Assembly (NCBI GenBank): GCA_903825575.1
Contig: CAIKAW010000006.1
Coordinates: forward strand, 34,168 to 98,167
Length of the DNA stretch: 64,000 nt
Direction of reading: 5' to 3'
Source: an uncultured bacterium
Lineage (GTDB): Bacteria; Actinomycetota; Actinomycetes; S36-B12; CAIKAW01
Part shown: positions 48,201 through 58,306 of the stretch, piece by piece
Layout of the letters: every line of letters begins with the position of its first letter
Numbering within the stretch: position 1 is the first letter of the stretch
The notes under the pieces: generated by a model
What the model saw: the letters and a program-made list of their open reading frames with translations, nothing else
Databases searched by the model: none
Told to the model about the DNA's origin: nothing
Translations under genes and position numbers: made by a program

Positions 48201-48727
48201 GTGATCAAGGCGTTGGCGAGGTCCGCGTCTTGATCACGCGGCTGGATGCCGACTTGCCGCTGCCCAGTTATGCCTACGCCGGAGACGCTGGTGCGGATTT
48301 GTATACAACTCTTGATCTCGTACTCGAACCTGGCGAGCGCCGAATGGTGCCGACTGGCATAGCGCTAGCGCTACCGTCTGGGTACGTCGCCCTGGTTCAT
48401 CCGCGTAGCGGCTTGGCGATGCGCAATGGGCTGTCGATCGTCAATGCCCCCGGCACGGTTGACGCCGGTTTTCGCGGCGAATTGCAAGTGTGTCTGATCA
48501 ACCTCGACCGGATCGAACCAATTAGGTTGCGGCGCGGCGATCGAATTGCTCAACTCGTGGTTCAGCGGGTTGAGCGGGCCAAGTTCATCGAGGTTGAGCG
48601 ACTGCCTGGCTCGGACCGTGGGGCCGACGGCTTCGGTTCGACGGGCACGGGCGGACCGCTTCCTTCCCGGCGCGGCGTTGGGGACGCCGAGGCGGGTACG
48701 GTGGAGTCCCAGATCCCGGTCGAGTAG
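48197..48727 (+). CDS. dut: dUTP diphosphatase
   Basis: 176 aa with dUTPase motifs [26 protein letters not shown] and GFGSTG. Confidence 0.95.
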   Translation: MSDQGVGEVRVLITRLDADLPLPSYAYAGDAGADLYTTLDLVLEPGERRMVPTGIALALPSGYVALVHPRSGLAMRNGLSIVNAPGTVDAGFRGELQVCLINLDRIEPIRLRRGDRIAQLVVQRVERAKFIEVERLPGSDRGADGFGSTGTGGPLPSRRGVGDAEAGTVESQIPVE

Positions 48728-48735
48728 GGGAGCAC

Positions 48736-49443
48736 GTGTTCCGTCGCAAGCGTGATGAAGAGGTGTCGAACGACGCCACGCCGCTCGAAGTTGACCCCGC
48801 TGCTGACTCGGTGCCCGACCAGAGTGCTGCCGAGGCTTCGCTTCCCAAGTCGGGTCCATGGGACCTTAGTGAGGCACCGACGGATCGCCCGCGCATTGAC
48901 TTGGGGGCCCTGTTACTTCCAGCAATCGACGGGGTCGAAATCCAACTGCAGGTCGACGGTTCCGGCGCAGTGATCGCGGCCACCGCGATGCTGAATGAGT
49001 CGAGCGTGCAACTAATGGCTTTTGCCGCGCCTCGGTCGGAGGGCATGTGGGAACAGGTTCGCCGGGAGTTGCGGGGCGCGATCGCCAGTTCTGGCGGACT
49101 CGTCGACGAGGCTGATGGCCCGTTCGGCGCCGAATTGCGAGCCACCGTGCCGATGCAGGAGCCCGATGGCTCCGCTGTTCGTCAACCGACGCGTTTCGTC
49201 GGAATAGATGGTCCGCGGTGGTTCTTGCGCGCCATGCTGTCAGGGGCCGCCAGCGCGCCAGGGGGAGACGAGGTTGCTGAGGCGTTTATCCGGGAAGTGG
49301 TCGTTGTGCGCGGAACCCAGGCTCACGCCCCGGGCGACGCGCTGCCATTGCGTTTGCCGACCGAAGCGGTCGCGCCGACGATTCCCGGAAGACCTCCGCT
49401 TGCACCATTCCAGCGTGGTCCGGAGATCACCGAAATTCGGTAG
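48736..49443 (+). CDS. DUF3710-family protein
   Basis: 235 aa: MFRRKRDEE...GPWDLSEAP...IDLGALLLP. Conserved position downstream of dut. Confidence 0.7.
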   Translation: MFRRKRDEEVSNDATPLEVDPAADSVPDQSAAEASLPKSGPWDLSEAPTDRPRIDLGALLLPAIDGVEIQLQVDGSGAVIAATAMLNESSVQLMAFAAPRSEGMWEQVRRELRGAIASSGGLVDEADGPFGAELRATVPMQEPDGSAVRQPTRFVGIDGPRWFLRAMLSGAASAPGGDEVAEAFIREVVVVRGTQAHAPGDALPLRLPTEAVAPTIPGRPPLAPFQRGPEITEIR

Positions 49444-50145
49444 GTGCAATGGCTGCCGGTGACGTCGCCGTGCGTGGGTTATCGTGCGCAGGTGAGCGAA
49501 CCGGGCAGTACCCATCATGAGTCCGAGGTAGCCGCCGAACTAGCGGTCCTTACGACCGCGGTTGGTGGCTGGCGCGGCATGCTTGATAGCGGTCTTCCCA
49601 GCGTCGTATTTGTCATTTGGTTCATCGCTGACGGGCGAGTCCTGCGACCAGCGCTGCTGGCCGCACTGGTTATGGGGGCCCTGTTACTAGCGCTGCGGTT
49701 GGTGAGGCGACAACGAACTACCCAAGCGCTAGCCGGCTTCGTGGGACTGCTGCTGTCTGCGTACGTGGCACGGGCCACTGGCAAGGCAGCGAACTTCTAC
49801 CTACTTGGGCTGCTGACCAACGCAGGTTACGGCTTGGCATTGGTGGTTTCGATTCTTGTTCGCTGGCCGCTGCTAGGGGTCGCGGTGGGCGCGATGCGCG
49901 GGGATCTTTCGACCTGGCGGAATGATCCGATCCGGCGACGGGTCTACACGGTGGCGACGTGGGCCTGGGTGGGCCTTTTTACAGTTCGGCTCGTCGTTGA
50001 GGTGCCGCTGTACTTGCTGGGCTGGGTCGGTCCACTCGGCGTGGCCAAAATTGCTCTCGGCCTGCCGCTTTACGCACTCGTCGCGTACCTGACCTACCGG
50101 CTGTTGGCTCCCACTCTGCGGCCTGGAGTGGATTCAGCCACCTAG
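49444..50145 (+). CDS. DUF3159-family membrane protein
   Basis: Multi-TM protein (LPSVVFVIWFIADG...). GTG at 49492 is an alternative start. Confidence 0.65.
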   Translation: MQWLPVTSPCVGYRAQVSEPGSTHHESEVAAELAVLTTAVGGWRGMLDSGLPSVVFVIWFIADGRVLRPALLAALVMGALLLALRLVRRQRTTQALAGFVGLLLSAYVARATGKAANFYLLGLLTNAGYGLALVVSILVRWPLLGVAVGAMRGDLSTWRNDPIRRRVYTVATWAWVGLFTVRLVVEVPLYLLGWVGPLGVAKIALGLPLYALVAYLTYRLLAPTLRPGVDSAT

Positions 50146-50790
50146 CATCGCGGCAAGTTCGTCTTCTCGTTCGGCTGGTGCCACAAAGAGCAACTCGTCG
50201 CCGGCCTGCAATGCATCATCAGCGTGAGGAGTGATCACATGCTGCCCACGAATGATGGCAACTAGGGCCGTGTCGATTGGCCAAGCCATGTCTCCAACAC
50301 GTCGACCCGCGCATTCGCAGTCGCTAGCAAGAGTTAGCTCAACAAGGTTTGCGCTTCCCTGTCGGAAGGTGAACAGGCGAACAATGTCGCCGATGCTGAC
50401 GGCTTCTTCGACCAATGCTGACATGAGTCGCGGAGTGGAGACTGCGACATCTACGCCCCAAGACTCGTCGAACATCCACTCGTTCTTCGGGTGATTCACA
50501 CGCGCTACGACTCGTGGCACGCCGTACTCGGTCTTGGCAAGAAGCGAAAGCACAAGATTGACCTTGTCGTCGCCAGTTGCAGCGATCACGACTTGCGCCG
50601 TATTCAGTTCGGCTCGTTCCAAGGTGGTCAGCTCGCAAGCATCCGCCGTTATCAGCGTCGCTCCGGGCACCCCGCCCCCAGGAGCCAAATCAGTGTCGCG
50701 GTCAATCAACAACACGTCGTGCTTATTCTCGACGAGCTCTGCCGCTATGGAGCGGCCAACTTTTCCTGCGCCGGCAATGACAATTCTCAT
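50134..50790 (-). CDS. TrkA-family potassium transport regulatory protein (RCK: TrkA-N + TrkA-C)
   Basis: 218 aa starting MRIVIAGAGKVGRSIAAEL (Rossmann GxGxxG). Confidence 0.9.
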   Translation of the reverse strand: MRIVIAGAGKVGRSIAAELVENKHDVLLIDRDTDLAPGGGVPGATLITADACELTTLERAELNTAQVVIAATGDDKVNLVLSLLAKTEYGVPRVVARVNHPKNEWMFDESWGVDVAVSTPRLMSALVEEAVSIGDIVRLFTFRQGSANLVELTLASDCECAGRRVGDMAWPIDTALVAIIRGQHVITPHADDALQAGDELLFVAPAEREDELAAMLGG

Positions 50791-51452
50791 TAGTGAGCTC
50801 CAGGTCCGGCGGCGAACGACAATTCGATCTGGGCGCGATCTTCGGCACGGAAAAGGGCGTGGATTAGATCGCCCTCCTGAATGACAAGTTGAGCCGTGGT
50901 CAAAATTGGTTCGCCCCGTCGGGTAACGAAGCCAATCGTCGCCGGAGATTGTTCGGCCAGCTCCAGTACTCGTTGACCGACCCAGGCTTCGCCGACATGA
51001 ATCTCAGCCAGCACCATCGCTCCGGTCGAGTCTGTCCATTCCTCTTCAGCGCCCGAGGGGATAAGCCGACGCATCATCTGGGTGCTAGTCCAAGACACGG
51101 TCGCAACCGTCGGAATCCCAAGGCGTTGATACACCTCAGCGCGCTTGGGATCGTAGATCCGCGCCACGACGTTCTCGACTCCGAAAGTCTCGCGGGCCAC
51201 TCGGGCGGCGAGAATGTTCGAGTTGTCACCGCTTGACACGGCAGCGAACGCCTCAGCGCGGGCAGTACCCGCAGCTTCGAGGGTGCCGCGGTCGAAGCCG
51301 ATGCCCTTGATGGTTTCGCCACGAAACCCGCCATGCAGACGCCGAAAGGCAGCGGGCTCTTGATCAATTATGGCCACCGAGTGGCCAAGGTTGTCGAGTC
51401 TGTTCGCCAACGTGGCGCCCACTCGGCCACACCCCATGATCACCACGTGCAC
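50790..51452 (-). CDS. TrkA-family potassium transport regulatory protein (second paralogue)
   Basis: GTG at 51452 preceded by aaagga gives VHVVIMGCGRVGATLANRL. The upstream extension of the track ORF is rejected. Confidence 0.85.
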   Translation of the reverse strand: MHVVIMGCGRVGATLANRLDNLGHSVAIIDQEPAAFRRLHGGFRGETIKGIGFDRGTLEAAGTARAEAFAAVSSGDNSNILAARVARETFGVENVVARIYDPKRAEVYQRLGIPTVATVSWTSTQMMRRLIPSGAEEEWTDSTGAMVLAEIHVGEAWVGQRVLELAEQSPATIGFVTRRGEPILTTAQLVIQEGDLIHALFRAEDRAQIELSFAAGPGAH

Positions 51453-51575
51453 GGTGGGTCCTTTGCTGTTTGGTCGGGCCAATCCCGGCGGTAGCACAAT
51501 ACTCCCCGCGCCTGCTAAGACAGGTGGCAACCATGCCCTGATTACCGAATCCTTGCTATCGGCGATGATGCGCGC

Positions 51576-52796
51576 ATGGGAAGCAACGAATTCGCGCCGG
51601 TTCCAGTGGGAACATTGCTTGATGTTCGAGTCGGAGACGTCGCACACGGTGGCCACTGTGTGGCACGTCACGAAGGACAGGTTCTGTTCGTCAGGCACGG
51701 ACTACCTGGCGAATTCGTGCGCGTTCGCGTCAACTCGGCCGGCGGGGGCGGCCGGTTCTTGCGGGCGGATGTAGTCGAGGTGCTCGAGTCTGAAGACGTT
51801 GGACGAGTCTCGGCTCCGTGCGAATATGCCAAACGTTGTGGCGGTTGCGACTGGCAGCACGTCTCCCTCGCGCGGCAGCGTGAGCTGAAGGCGGAAGTTG
51901 TGAATTCGGCTTTGTCTCGAGCCTTGGGTCGTTCAATTGAGGTAACCGTTGAACAGGTGCCAGGGGATTCGTTGGGGCTCGGCTGGCGGACCAGGATCCA
52001 GCTGGCCGTAGGCGCCGATGGGCGGGCTGGCCTAAGTGCACAGCGATCCCATGAAGTGATCCCGATCGACGACTGTCTACTTGGCCACCCGGACTTGCAA
52101 CTTGCCAAGGTGCTGTCCCAACGTTGGGCAGGAAGTTCCCAAGTAGTGGTCGATGTCGATGGCAGGGGAGGTCGTGAGGTATCCAAGGTGCCCGGCCCTC
52201 GCGGTCCGGACGTGCATCGCACGGCAGCTGGGCGGGATTGGGTGGTGCCAGGTGCCGGTTTCTGGCAAGTACACCCGGGGGCCGCTGATGTCCTTGTAGC
52301 TGCGGTTACCGAAGTCGTAACCCCAAAGATTGGCGAACACATTCTTGATCTGTACGCCGGGGTAGGACTTTTGGGCGGCTCGCTGGCGGGCGCTGTGGGT
52401 GCCACAGGACGGGTGGATCTTGTTGAATCCGGTCGGGCTGCCGTACGCGCCGCCGGAACGAATCTGGCTGACCTAAGTCAAGTTCGAGTGCACTATGGCG
52501 AGGTAGGCAGTTGGCTGGCGCAGCGACGGATTAAGCGAGCTGACGTAGTCGTGCTGGATCCGCCGCGGAGCGGGGCCGGCACCCAAATTCTGGCCAAGTG
52601 CATCGCGTTGGCTCCGAGGGTGATCTGCTATGTGGCTTGCGACCCGGCGGCCTTGGCTCGCGATGCCAAGATGTTGGCCGAAGCAGGTTGGGAACTATTC
52701 GCCTTGCGAGCCTTTGACTTGTTCCCAATGACTCAGCACATCGAATGTGTTGCAGGTTTCCGCCCAGTTCAGGCGCCCGGCGGTAGCAACTCATAA
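51576..52796 (+). CDS. TRAM-domain class I SAM-dependent RNA (uracil-5-) methyltransferase (RlmD/TrmA-like)
   Basis: 406 aa. N-terminal TRAM-like beta barrel (DVRVGDVAHGGHCVARHEG), Cys cluster CEYAKRCGGCDWQH, SAM motif ILDLYAGVG, and C-terminal VLDPPRSG and YVACDP. Confidence 0.85.
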   Translation: MGSNEFAPVPVGTLLDVRVGDVAHGGHCVARHEGQVLFVRHGLPGEFVRVRVNSAGGGGRFLRADVVEVLESEDVGRVSAPCEYAKRCGGCDWQHVSLARQRELKAEVVNSALSRALGRSIEVTVEQVPGDSLGLGWRTRIQLAVGADGRAGLSAQRSHEVIPIDDCLLGHPDLQLAKVLSQRWAGSSQVVVDVDGRGGREVSKVPGPRGPDVHRTAAGRDWVVPGAGFWQVHPGAADVLVAAVTEVVTPKIGEHILDLYAGVGLLGGSLAGAVGATGRVDLVESGRAAVRAAGTNLADLSQVRVHYGEVGSWLAQRRIKRADVVVLDPPRSGAGTQILAKCIALAPRVICYVACDPAALARDAKMLAEAGWELFALRAFDLFPMTQHIECVAGFRPVQAPGGSNS

Positions 52797-55144
52797 CTTG
52801 GGTTGGCCATCGCAAGATGCCCATCAGATTCGCCGACCATGCCGGTAAGTCGAATTGAGGTGCCGGGCTTGATCCCCGGGATGCTGTGGCGGCCATAGAA
52901 CCGCGCCTTGATCCCGCCGGAACTATCCCAAACCTCCACCTCGAGCGCCTGGTGTCCGGACAAAGGCGTAACGCGGATCGCATGCACCTTGCCCTCGACT
53001 AACGCCCGCTGGCGCCACGTAAGGGACCCAATCGGCAGGCGGGCGTTGTCGTCGGCCGCGGCGGGGTTGTCAGTAGGCACAGTCAGGAGCTCGATGCCAG
53101 CTGCGGTGGGGGCCGGTAGATGTCGCGAAGCGTCTTCAGCCGCAGTGAGTACGGCAGTCCAGCTGTCGGAGGGGGTCGGGTTGTCCTGCTCGCTCAACCA
53201 TTCAGCTGCTCGAACGTTGTAGGGCACGATCGTGGCAGCCACTCGAGGCACCGAACTTAGGGCGTCGGCGATCTTGTCAGCCGTGTGGTCGTGCAGGATC
53301 CGTCCCAACAATGGGGAGTAAACCCGACGAGGCAACAGGACGCTGACCTGTGCGCGAGGGTCCGCTGCTTCTTCCAGAGCAAGTTCCATTACAGATCTGA
53401 TGAGGCGACGATCGGGGCAGTCGATGATCTCCAGCGACGTCCCTGTGGCACTCGTGCTAGACCACTTGGCCTCTAGATCTTGCGCATGTTGCCCATCGAG
53501 CATGAAGTGCACAACTCGCAACTTGGCAGCTTTGAAGCTACGTGCGTAGTTCAGTGTCCGCAAGGTTGCCAGGTCGATCGAGTCGACCAAGACGATGACC
53601 ACTTGATGGGCGGCCAGCGCCGCCCGCGGCTGGGAGACGGCGGCCTCGAGGATCTTCTCCTCGGCCACATATTCGCGATGCAATCGCAGCAGCAACAGGC
53701 TCAGAATCGGGAAGAGCAGCACGACGAGCCAGGCGCCTTCGGTGAACTTGGTGATAACAAAGATGATGACCACCAGCAACGACAGCGCGCCGGATGACAT
53801 GTTGATCGCGATCTTTCCGCGATAGCCCTTTGGTTTGTTTGTCTGGAAGTACTTCGACATGCCGAAGCCCGCGAACGTGAAGGCGGTAAAGACTCCGATT
53901 GCGTAGAAGGCAACCAAACTGTTGACATTCGCATTGGTGCCGATCAGTAGTGCCATCGAGGCAATAAACAGCAGCGTGATTCCGTTGCTGAAGGCCAGTC
54001 GGTGGCCGCGCTTGAGTAGCCACCGAGGTAGGAATCCGTCATCTGCAACGAATTTGGCAAGGAAAGGGAAGCCGTTAAACGAAGTGTTTGCTCCGGTCCA
54101 AAGGATCAGCATGGTTGCGAGTTGAACCATGAGGAAGAGGACGTGGCCAACAGGTCCAGTCCCAAGGGCCGCGTGAGCGACCTGGGAGATGACGGTCGGG
54201 GTACCGCTGTAGTACGGAACTGCATGAGTAACGTGAGCCAACCACGAAACCCCAGCCACTAGGGTCCCAAGCGTGACGCTCATGATCACGAGCGTGCGTC
54301 GAGCATTGATACCGGTCGGCTCTTTGAACGCACTCACGCTGTCTGAAATCGCTTCAAGTCCAGTCAGCGATGAGCCGCCATTCGCAAAAGCACGCAGCAA
54401 GTAGAAGATTCCGACCATGCTCATGAGGCCGTGGCTGCTCTGGATTGTGTACGCGCCCGGCACGTAAGGGTTTATATGGCCGACTGAACCAGTTATTTCG
54501 CGAAAGATCCCAACTCCGATGACCAAGAACATCGAGCCGGCAAAGAAGTAGGTGGGGAAGGCGAAGAACTTGCCCGCCTCCTTGATGCCGCGCAAGTTTC
54601 CCAAATAGAGAATTGCTACGACGGTGCACGTGATGGGAAGGGCGGCGGAGTTCGGGATTGCCGGTATCGCAGAAATCACGGCGGCCGTCCCAGCAGCCGA
54701 CTGGACGGCGACGGTGACGATGTAGTCGAGCATCAATGCAACAGCGGCAAGTTGCGCGATCACAGGTCCGAAGTTTGCCCGCGCTACCACGTAAGAGCCG
54801 CCGGACTTGGTGTACACCATGACAACTTCGCGGTACGACAGTGTGGTGAGGACAAGGACGCCGAGGACCACAGCGGTCATGGGCATCAAGATGCTGAACC
54901 CGGCGATCCCGAAGGCCGGCAACAGGCTGATCAGGATCTCTTCAGTGCCGTAGGCTGACGAAGAGATGCAGTCGCTGGAGAGCACCCCTAGGGCGATCTT
55001 CTTGGAAAGCCGTTCGTGCTGCAATTGGTCGGTGGTCAGCGGCGGCCCGAGGATGCGCCGCTTCATTCGATAGCGTCGGGATTCGCGAAGCGCCACGCCT
55101 CGGTCGGTTAACGGAGTAATCCCAGTGGGAATCAGATTCGGCAC
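52769..55144 (-). CDS. APC-family permease-like membrane protein with a cytoplasmic extension ending in an OB-fold-like domain
   Basis: 791 aa. About 12 TM segments in the N-terminal ~480 aa, then a soluble region. The last ~90 aa read WRQRALVEGKVHAIRVTPLSGHQALEVEVWDSSGGIKARFYGRHSIPGIKPGTSIRLTGMVGESDGHLAMANPSYELL. Confidence 0.8.
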   Translation of the reverse strand: MPNLIPTGITPLTDRGVALRESRRYRMKRRILGPPLTTDQLQHERLSKKIALGVLSSDCISSSAYGTEEILISLLPAFGIAGFSILMPMTAVVLGVLVLTTLSYREVVMVYTKSGGSYVVARANFGPVIAQLAAVALMLDYIVTVAVQSAAGTAAVISAIPAIPNSAALPITCTVVAILYLGNLRGIKEAGKFFAFPTYFFAGSMFLVIGVGIFREITGSVGHINPYVPGAYTIQSSHGLMSMVGIFYLLRAFANGGSSLTGLEAISDSVSAFKEPTGINARRTLVIMSVTLGTLVAGVSWLAHVTHAVPYYSGTPTVISQVAHAALGTGPVGHVLFLMVQLATMLILWTGANTSFNGFPFLAKFVADDGFLPRWLLKRGHRLAFSNGITLLFIASMALLIGTNANVNSLVAFYAIGVFTAFTFAGFGMSKYFQTNKPKGYRGKIAINMSSGALSLLVVIIFVITKFTEGAWLVVLLFPILSLLLLRLHREYVAEEKILEAAVSQPRAALAAHQVVIVLVDSIDLATLRTLNYARSFKAAKLRVVHFMLDGQHAQDLEAKWSSTSATGTSLEIIDCPDRRLIRSVMELALEEAADPRAQVSVLLPRRVYSPLLGRILHDHTADKIADALSSVPRVAATIVPYNVRAAEWLSEQDNPTPSDSWTAVLTAAEDASRHLPAPTAAGIELLTVPTDNPAAADDNARLPIGSLTWRQRALVEGKVHAIRVTPLSGHQALEVEVWDSSGGIKARFYGRHSIPGIKPGTSIRLTGMVGESDGHLAMANPSYELLPPGA

Positions 55145-55208
55145 AGGCGGAGTCTAGGCCCCAGGGGTAGGCCTGGAGGGACTTGACCCGAGCGTGGTGA
55201 CGTGAGGT

Positions 55209-55224
55209 ATCTTGATATCGAGAT
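55209..55224. promoter_or_regulatory. Imperfect palindrome centred on GATATC upstream of acn; candidate operator overlapping a candidate -10
   Basis: atcttGATATCgagat (7 of 8 arm positions pair). TTGACC at 55183-55188 and TATCTT at 55208-55213 are 19 nt apart. The acn SD (gaaggagg) follows. Confidence 0.3.
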
Positions 55225-55244
55225 AAATTGGCGAAGGAGGTCAA

Positions 55245-57899
55245 ATGAGCGACACATTCGGCGCACGGGGGACGCTGAGCGTAGCCGGCGTCGACTACCA
55301 AATCTTCCGGCTTTCTGCCGTGCCCGCTGCAGCGCGCCTGCCATTCACCCACAAGGTGCTGCTCGAGAACCTGCTGCGCACCGAGGACGGCCTCAACGTG
55401 ACAGCTGAGCAGATTCGGCTCCTGGTCGAGTGGGATCCCAGCGCTGAACCCGAAGATGAAATCGCATTTACTCCGGCCCGGGTGCTGATGCAGGACTTCA
55501 CGGGGGTGCCCTGCGTGGTTGATCTGGCCACGATGCGCGAGGCAGTGCTGGCGCTAGGTGGCGACCCAAGCCGAATCAATCCACTTGCGCCGGCCGAATT
55601 GGTAATTGACCACTCGGTTGTCGCCGATTTCTTCGGCAGCGAGAAGGCATTCGGGCTAAACGTTGACTTGGAATACGAGCGCAACTTCGAGCGCTACCAA
55701 TTCTTGCGTTGGGGCCAGACTGCGTTCCGTGAGTTCAAGGTGGTTCCGCCGGGCACCGGAATCGTGCACCAGGTAAACATCGAGAACCTTGCCCGTGTCG
55801 TGATGGTGCGCAATGGCTTTGCTTATCCAGACACGTGTGTTGGAACCGATTCACACACCACGATGGTCAACGGATTAGGAGTGCTTGGCTGGGGCGTCGG
55901 CGGCATCGAAGCCGAAGCAGCGATGTTGGGTCAGCCGGTCTCGATGCTTATTCCTCGGGTAGTCGGATTCAAACTGACCGGGGACCTGCCAGCCGGCACT
56001 ACGGCAACCGATCTGGTTCTCACGATTACCCAGTTGCTGCGCCAGCATGGAGTCGTCGGCAAGTTCGTCGAGTTCTATGGCGAAGGAGTCGGCGCAGTCC
56101 CGCTCGCAAACCGGGCCACCATTGGAAACATGAGCCCCGAATACGGCTCCACCGCAGCGATTTTCCCGATCGACGAAGAGACTCTGAAGTACCTTCGGTT
56201 GACCGGTCGCGAGGAATCTCAAATCGAGTTGGTTGAGGCCTATGCCAAGGCGCAGGGTCTTTGGCACGACCCTTCGAATGAAGCGGTCTACTCCGAATAC
56301 ATCGAACTTGATATGGGCGATGTTGTGCCCTCGATTGCTGGACCGAAGCGTCCTCAAGACCGACTCCCGCTGGCTGGGGCGGCTTCGGCCTTTGCTGACG
56401 TGTTGCCCACGTACACCGAGACAGTGCACGCGACTGCGGAGATCCAGATTGACGGACAAAGTTCGACAATCGGCCACGGGGCCGTGGTTATTGCTGCCAT
56501 CACCTCTTGCACCAACACCTCTAATCCATCGGTGATGATAGGTGCCGGGTTGCTGGCGAAGAAGGCAGTCGAGCGCGGTCTTACAACGCAACCGTGGGTG
56601 AAGACGACGCTCGCCCCTGGTTCAAAGATTGTCTCGGACTATTACGACCGAGCCGGGTTGACGCCCTACTTGAACAAACTCGGATTCGACCTGGTGGGGT
56701 ACGGCTGCACCACGTGCATCGGCAATTCTGGTCCCTTGCCTGAGGTTGTGAGCAGCGCCGTCAATGAGAAGCACCTTGCGGTAGCCGCCGTGCTCAGCGG
56801 AAACCGCAATTTTGAAGGACGTATCAACCCAGACGTAACCCTGAATTATCTTGCGTCACCGGCATTAGTTGTTGCTTACGCAATTGCGGGTCGGATGGAT
56901 ATTGATCTGACTTCGGAGCCGCTGGGGACTGACTCAGCTGGCTTGCCGGTGTACTTAAGCGACATTTGGCCGTCGTCTGCAGAGGTTGAGGCAGTGGTCG
57001 AATCCGCGATTGATACCGAAATGTTCGAGGCGCGCTACGCCGATGTCTTTGCCGGTGACGAGAAATGGCGGTCGCTGCCCATCCCAACCGGGGACATCTT
57101 TACTTGGGATGCTGAGTCAACTTATGTGCGTCGGCCCCCGTATTTTGAAGGCCTAACCCGAGAATTGACACCCGTTGTCGACATCGTTGGGGCCAGAGTG
57201 CTGGCCAAACTTGGGGATTCGGTGACGACTGACCACATCTCCCCCGCCAGTTCGATCAAGGTTGATAGTCCGGCCGGACGCTATCTGAAAGAGCATGGGA
57301 TTGCGGTTGCTGACTTCAATTCGTACGGTTCCCGGCGAGGTAATCACGAAGTGATGGTTCGCGGCACCTTCGCGAACATCAGGCTCCGTAACCAGTTGTT
57401 GCCTGGAGTTCAAGGCGGCTTCACCGTGGATTTCACCAATGGTGACTCAGCCCAAGTAACGATCTTCGATGCTGCTGAGTCTTACCGAAGTGCCGGAGTG
57501 CCTTTGATTGTTTTGGCTGGCGCTGAATATGGGACTGGGTCCTCGCGTGACTGGGCTGCAAAGGGAACAGCTTTGCTCGGTGTGCGGGCAGTCATCGCAC
57601 AATCGTATGAACGCATTCACCGATCCAACCTCATTGGGATGGGCGTGCTGCCGCTTGAGTTCCTTGCTGGAGATTCCGCAGACACCCTTGGTCTTAGCGG
57701 TTTCGAATCATTCGCCGTGCATGGAGTCACCGAACTTAACGCAGGTATCACGCCGCGGTTAGTTCAGGTGGAAGCCACGGCAGCGGATGGTTCGGTCACA
57801 ACTTTTGCGGCCACTTTGCGGATTGATACGCCGGGGGAGGCCGAGTACTACCGGCACGGTGGAATCTTGCAATACGTGCTTCGCTCGCTTCTCGACTAG
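55245..57899 (+). CDS. acnA: Aconitate hydratase A
   Basis: 884 aa with full-length aconitase/IRP-like sequence and the cluster-ligand region [12 protein letters not shown]...[12 protein letters not shown]. Confidence 0.95.
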   Translation: MSDTFGARGTLSVAGVDYQIFRLSAVPAAARLPFTHKVLLENLLRTEDGLNVTAEQIRLLVEWDPSAEPEDEIAFTPARVLMQDFTGVPCVVDLATMREAVLALGGDPSRINPLAPAELVIDHSVVADFFGSEKAFGLNVDLEYERNFERYQFLRWGQTAFREFKVVPPGTGIVHQVNIENLARVVMVRNGFAYPDTCVGTDSHTTMVNGLGVLGWGVGGIEAEAAMLGQPVSMLIPRVVGFKLTGDLPAGTTATDLVLTITQLLRQHGVVGKFVEFYGEGVGAVPLANRATIGNMSPEYGSTAAIFPIDEETLKYLRLTGREESQIELVEAYAKAQGLWHDPSNEAVYSEYIELDMGDVVPSIAGPKRPQDRLPLAGAASAFADVLPTYTETVHATAEIQIDGQSSTIGHGAVVIAAITSCTNTSNPSVMIGAGLLAKKAVERGLTTQPWVKTTLAPGSKIVSDYYDRAGLTPYLNKLGFDLVGYGCTTCIGNSGPLPEVVSSAVNEKHLAVAAVLSGNRNFEGRINPDVTLNYLASPALVVAYAIAGRMDIDLTSEPLGTDSAGLPVYLSDIWPSSAEVEAVVESAIDTEMFEARYADVFAGDEKWRSLPIPTGDIFTWDAESTYVRRPPYFEGLTRELTPVVDIVGARVLAKLGDSVTTDHISPASSIKVDSPAGRYLKEHGIAVADFNSYGSRRGNHEVMVRGTFANIRLRNQLLPGVQGGFTVDFTNGDSAQVTIFDAAESYRSAGVPLIVLAGAEYGTGSSRDWAAKGTALLGVRAVIAQSYERIHRSNLIGMGVLPLEFLAGDSADTLGLSGFESFAVHGVTELNAGITPRLVQVEATAADGSVTTFAATLRIDTPGEAEYYRHGGILQYVLRSLLD

Positions 57900-57901
57900 G
57901 T

Positions 57902-58279
57902 GTGATGCGAACTCAGCCGGGGTGGCCGAGGGCCTTGCCGCCCCCGGATACCCAAGACTGGGATGGCCTCGCTGTGGCGTGGTTGTTGGACTTGGCGCCC
58001 GGGGATTGGCGCGGGCTGCCTGCAGTTGCGAAGCAGCCACTGGTGCTGGCGCTGCTTGTTGCCGATCATGTTGCTGCCACCCGTTCAGGAATGCGCGCCA
58101 GCGTCGCTGGGCTGCGTTCCAAGGTGGGCGGAGTCTTGAGCGCGCCCCAGGCCGAAGCCGCCGTGGCGGCATTGCTGGGGGAGGAGGCCAGGCTCGAGCG
58201 CGTTGCAAGGGAAGTGGGACTGGTCATTGTTGCAATCGAGGGGACCCAGCGCCGGCCAGCTTCGCGGCCGGGCACCTAG
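57902..58279 (+). CDS. Hypothetical protein
   Basis: 125 aa. Starts 2 nt after the acn stop (GTG 57902 or ATG 57905). Coding-like codon usage. No family recognised. Confidence 0.45.
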   Translation: MMRTQPGWPRALPPPDTQDWDGLAVAWLLDLAPGDWRGLPAVAKQPLVLALLVADHVAATRSGMRASVAGLRSKVGGVLSAPQAEAAVAALLGEEARLERVAREVGLVIVAIEGTQRRPASRPGT

Positions 58280-58306
58280 ACTTACCTGGACCTTCCGAAA
58301 GGGGTT

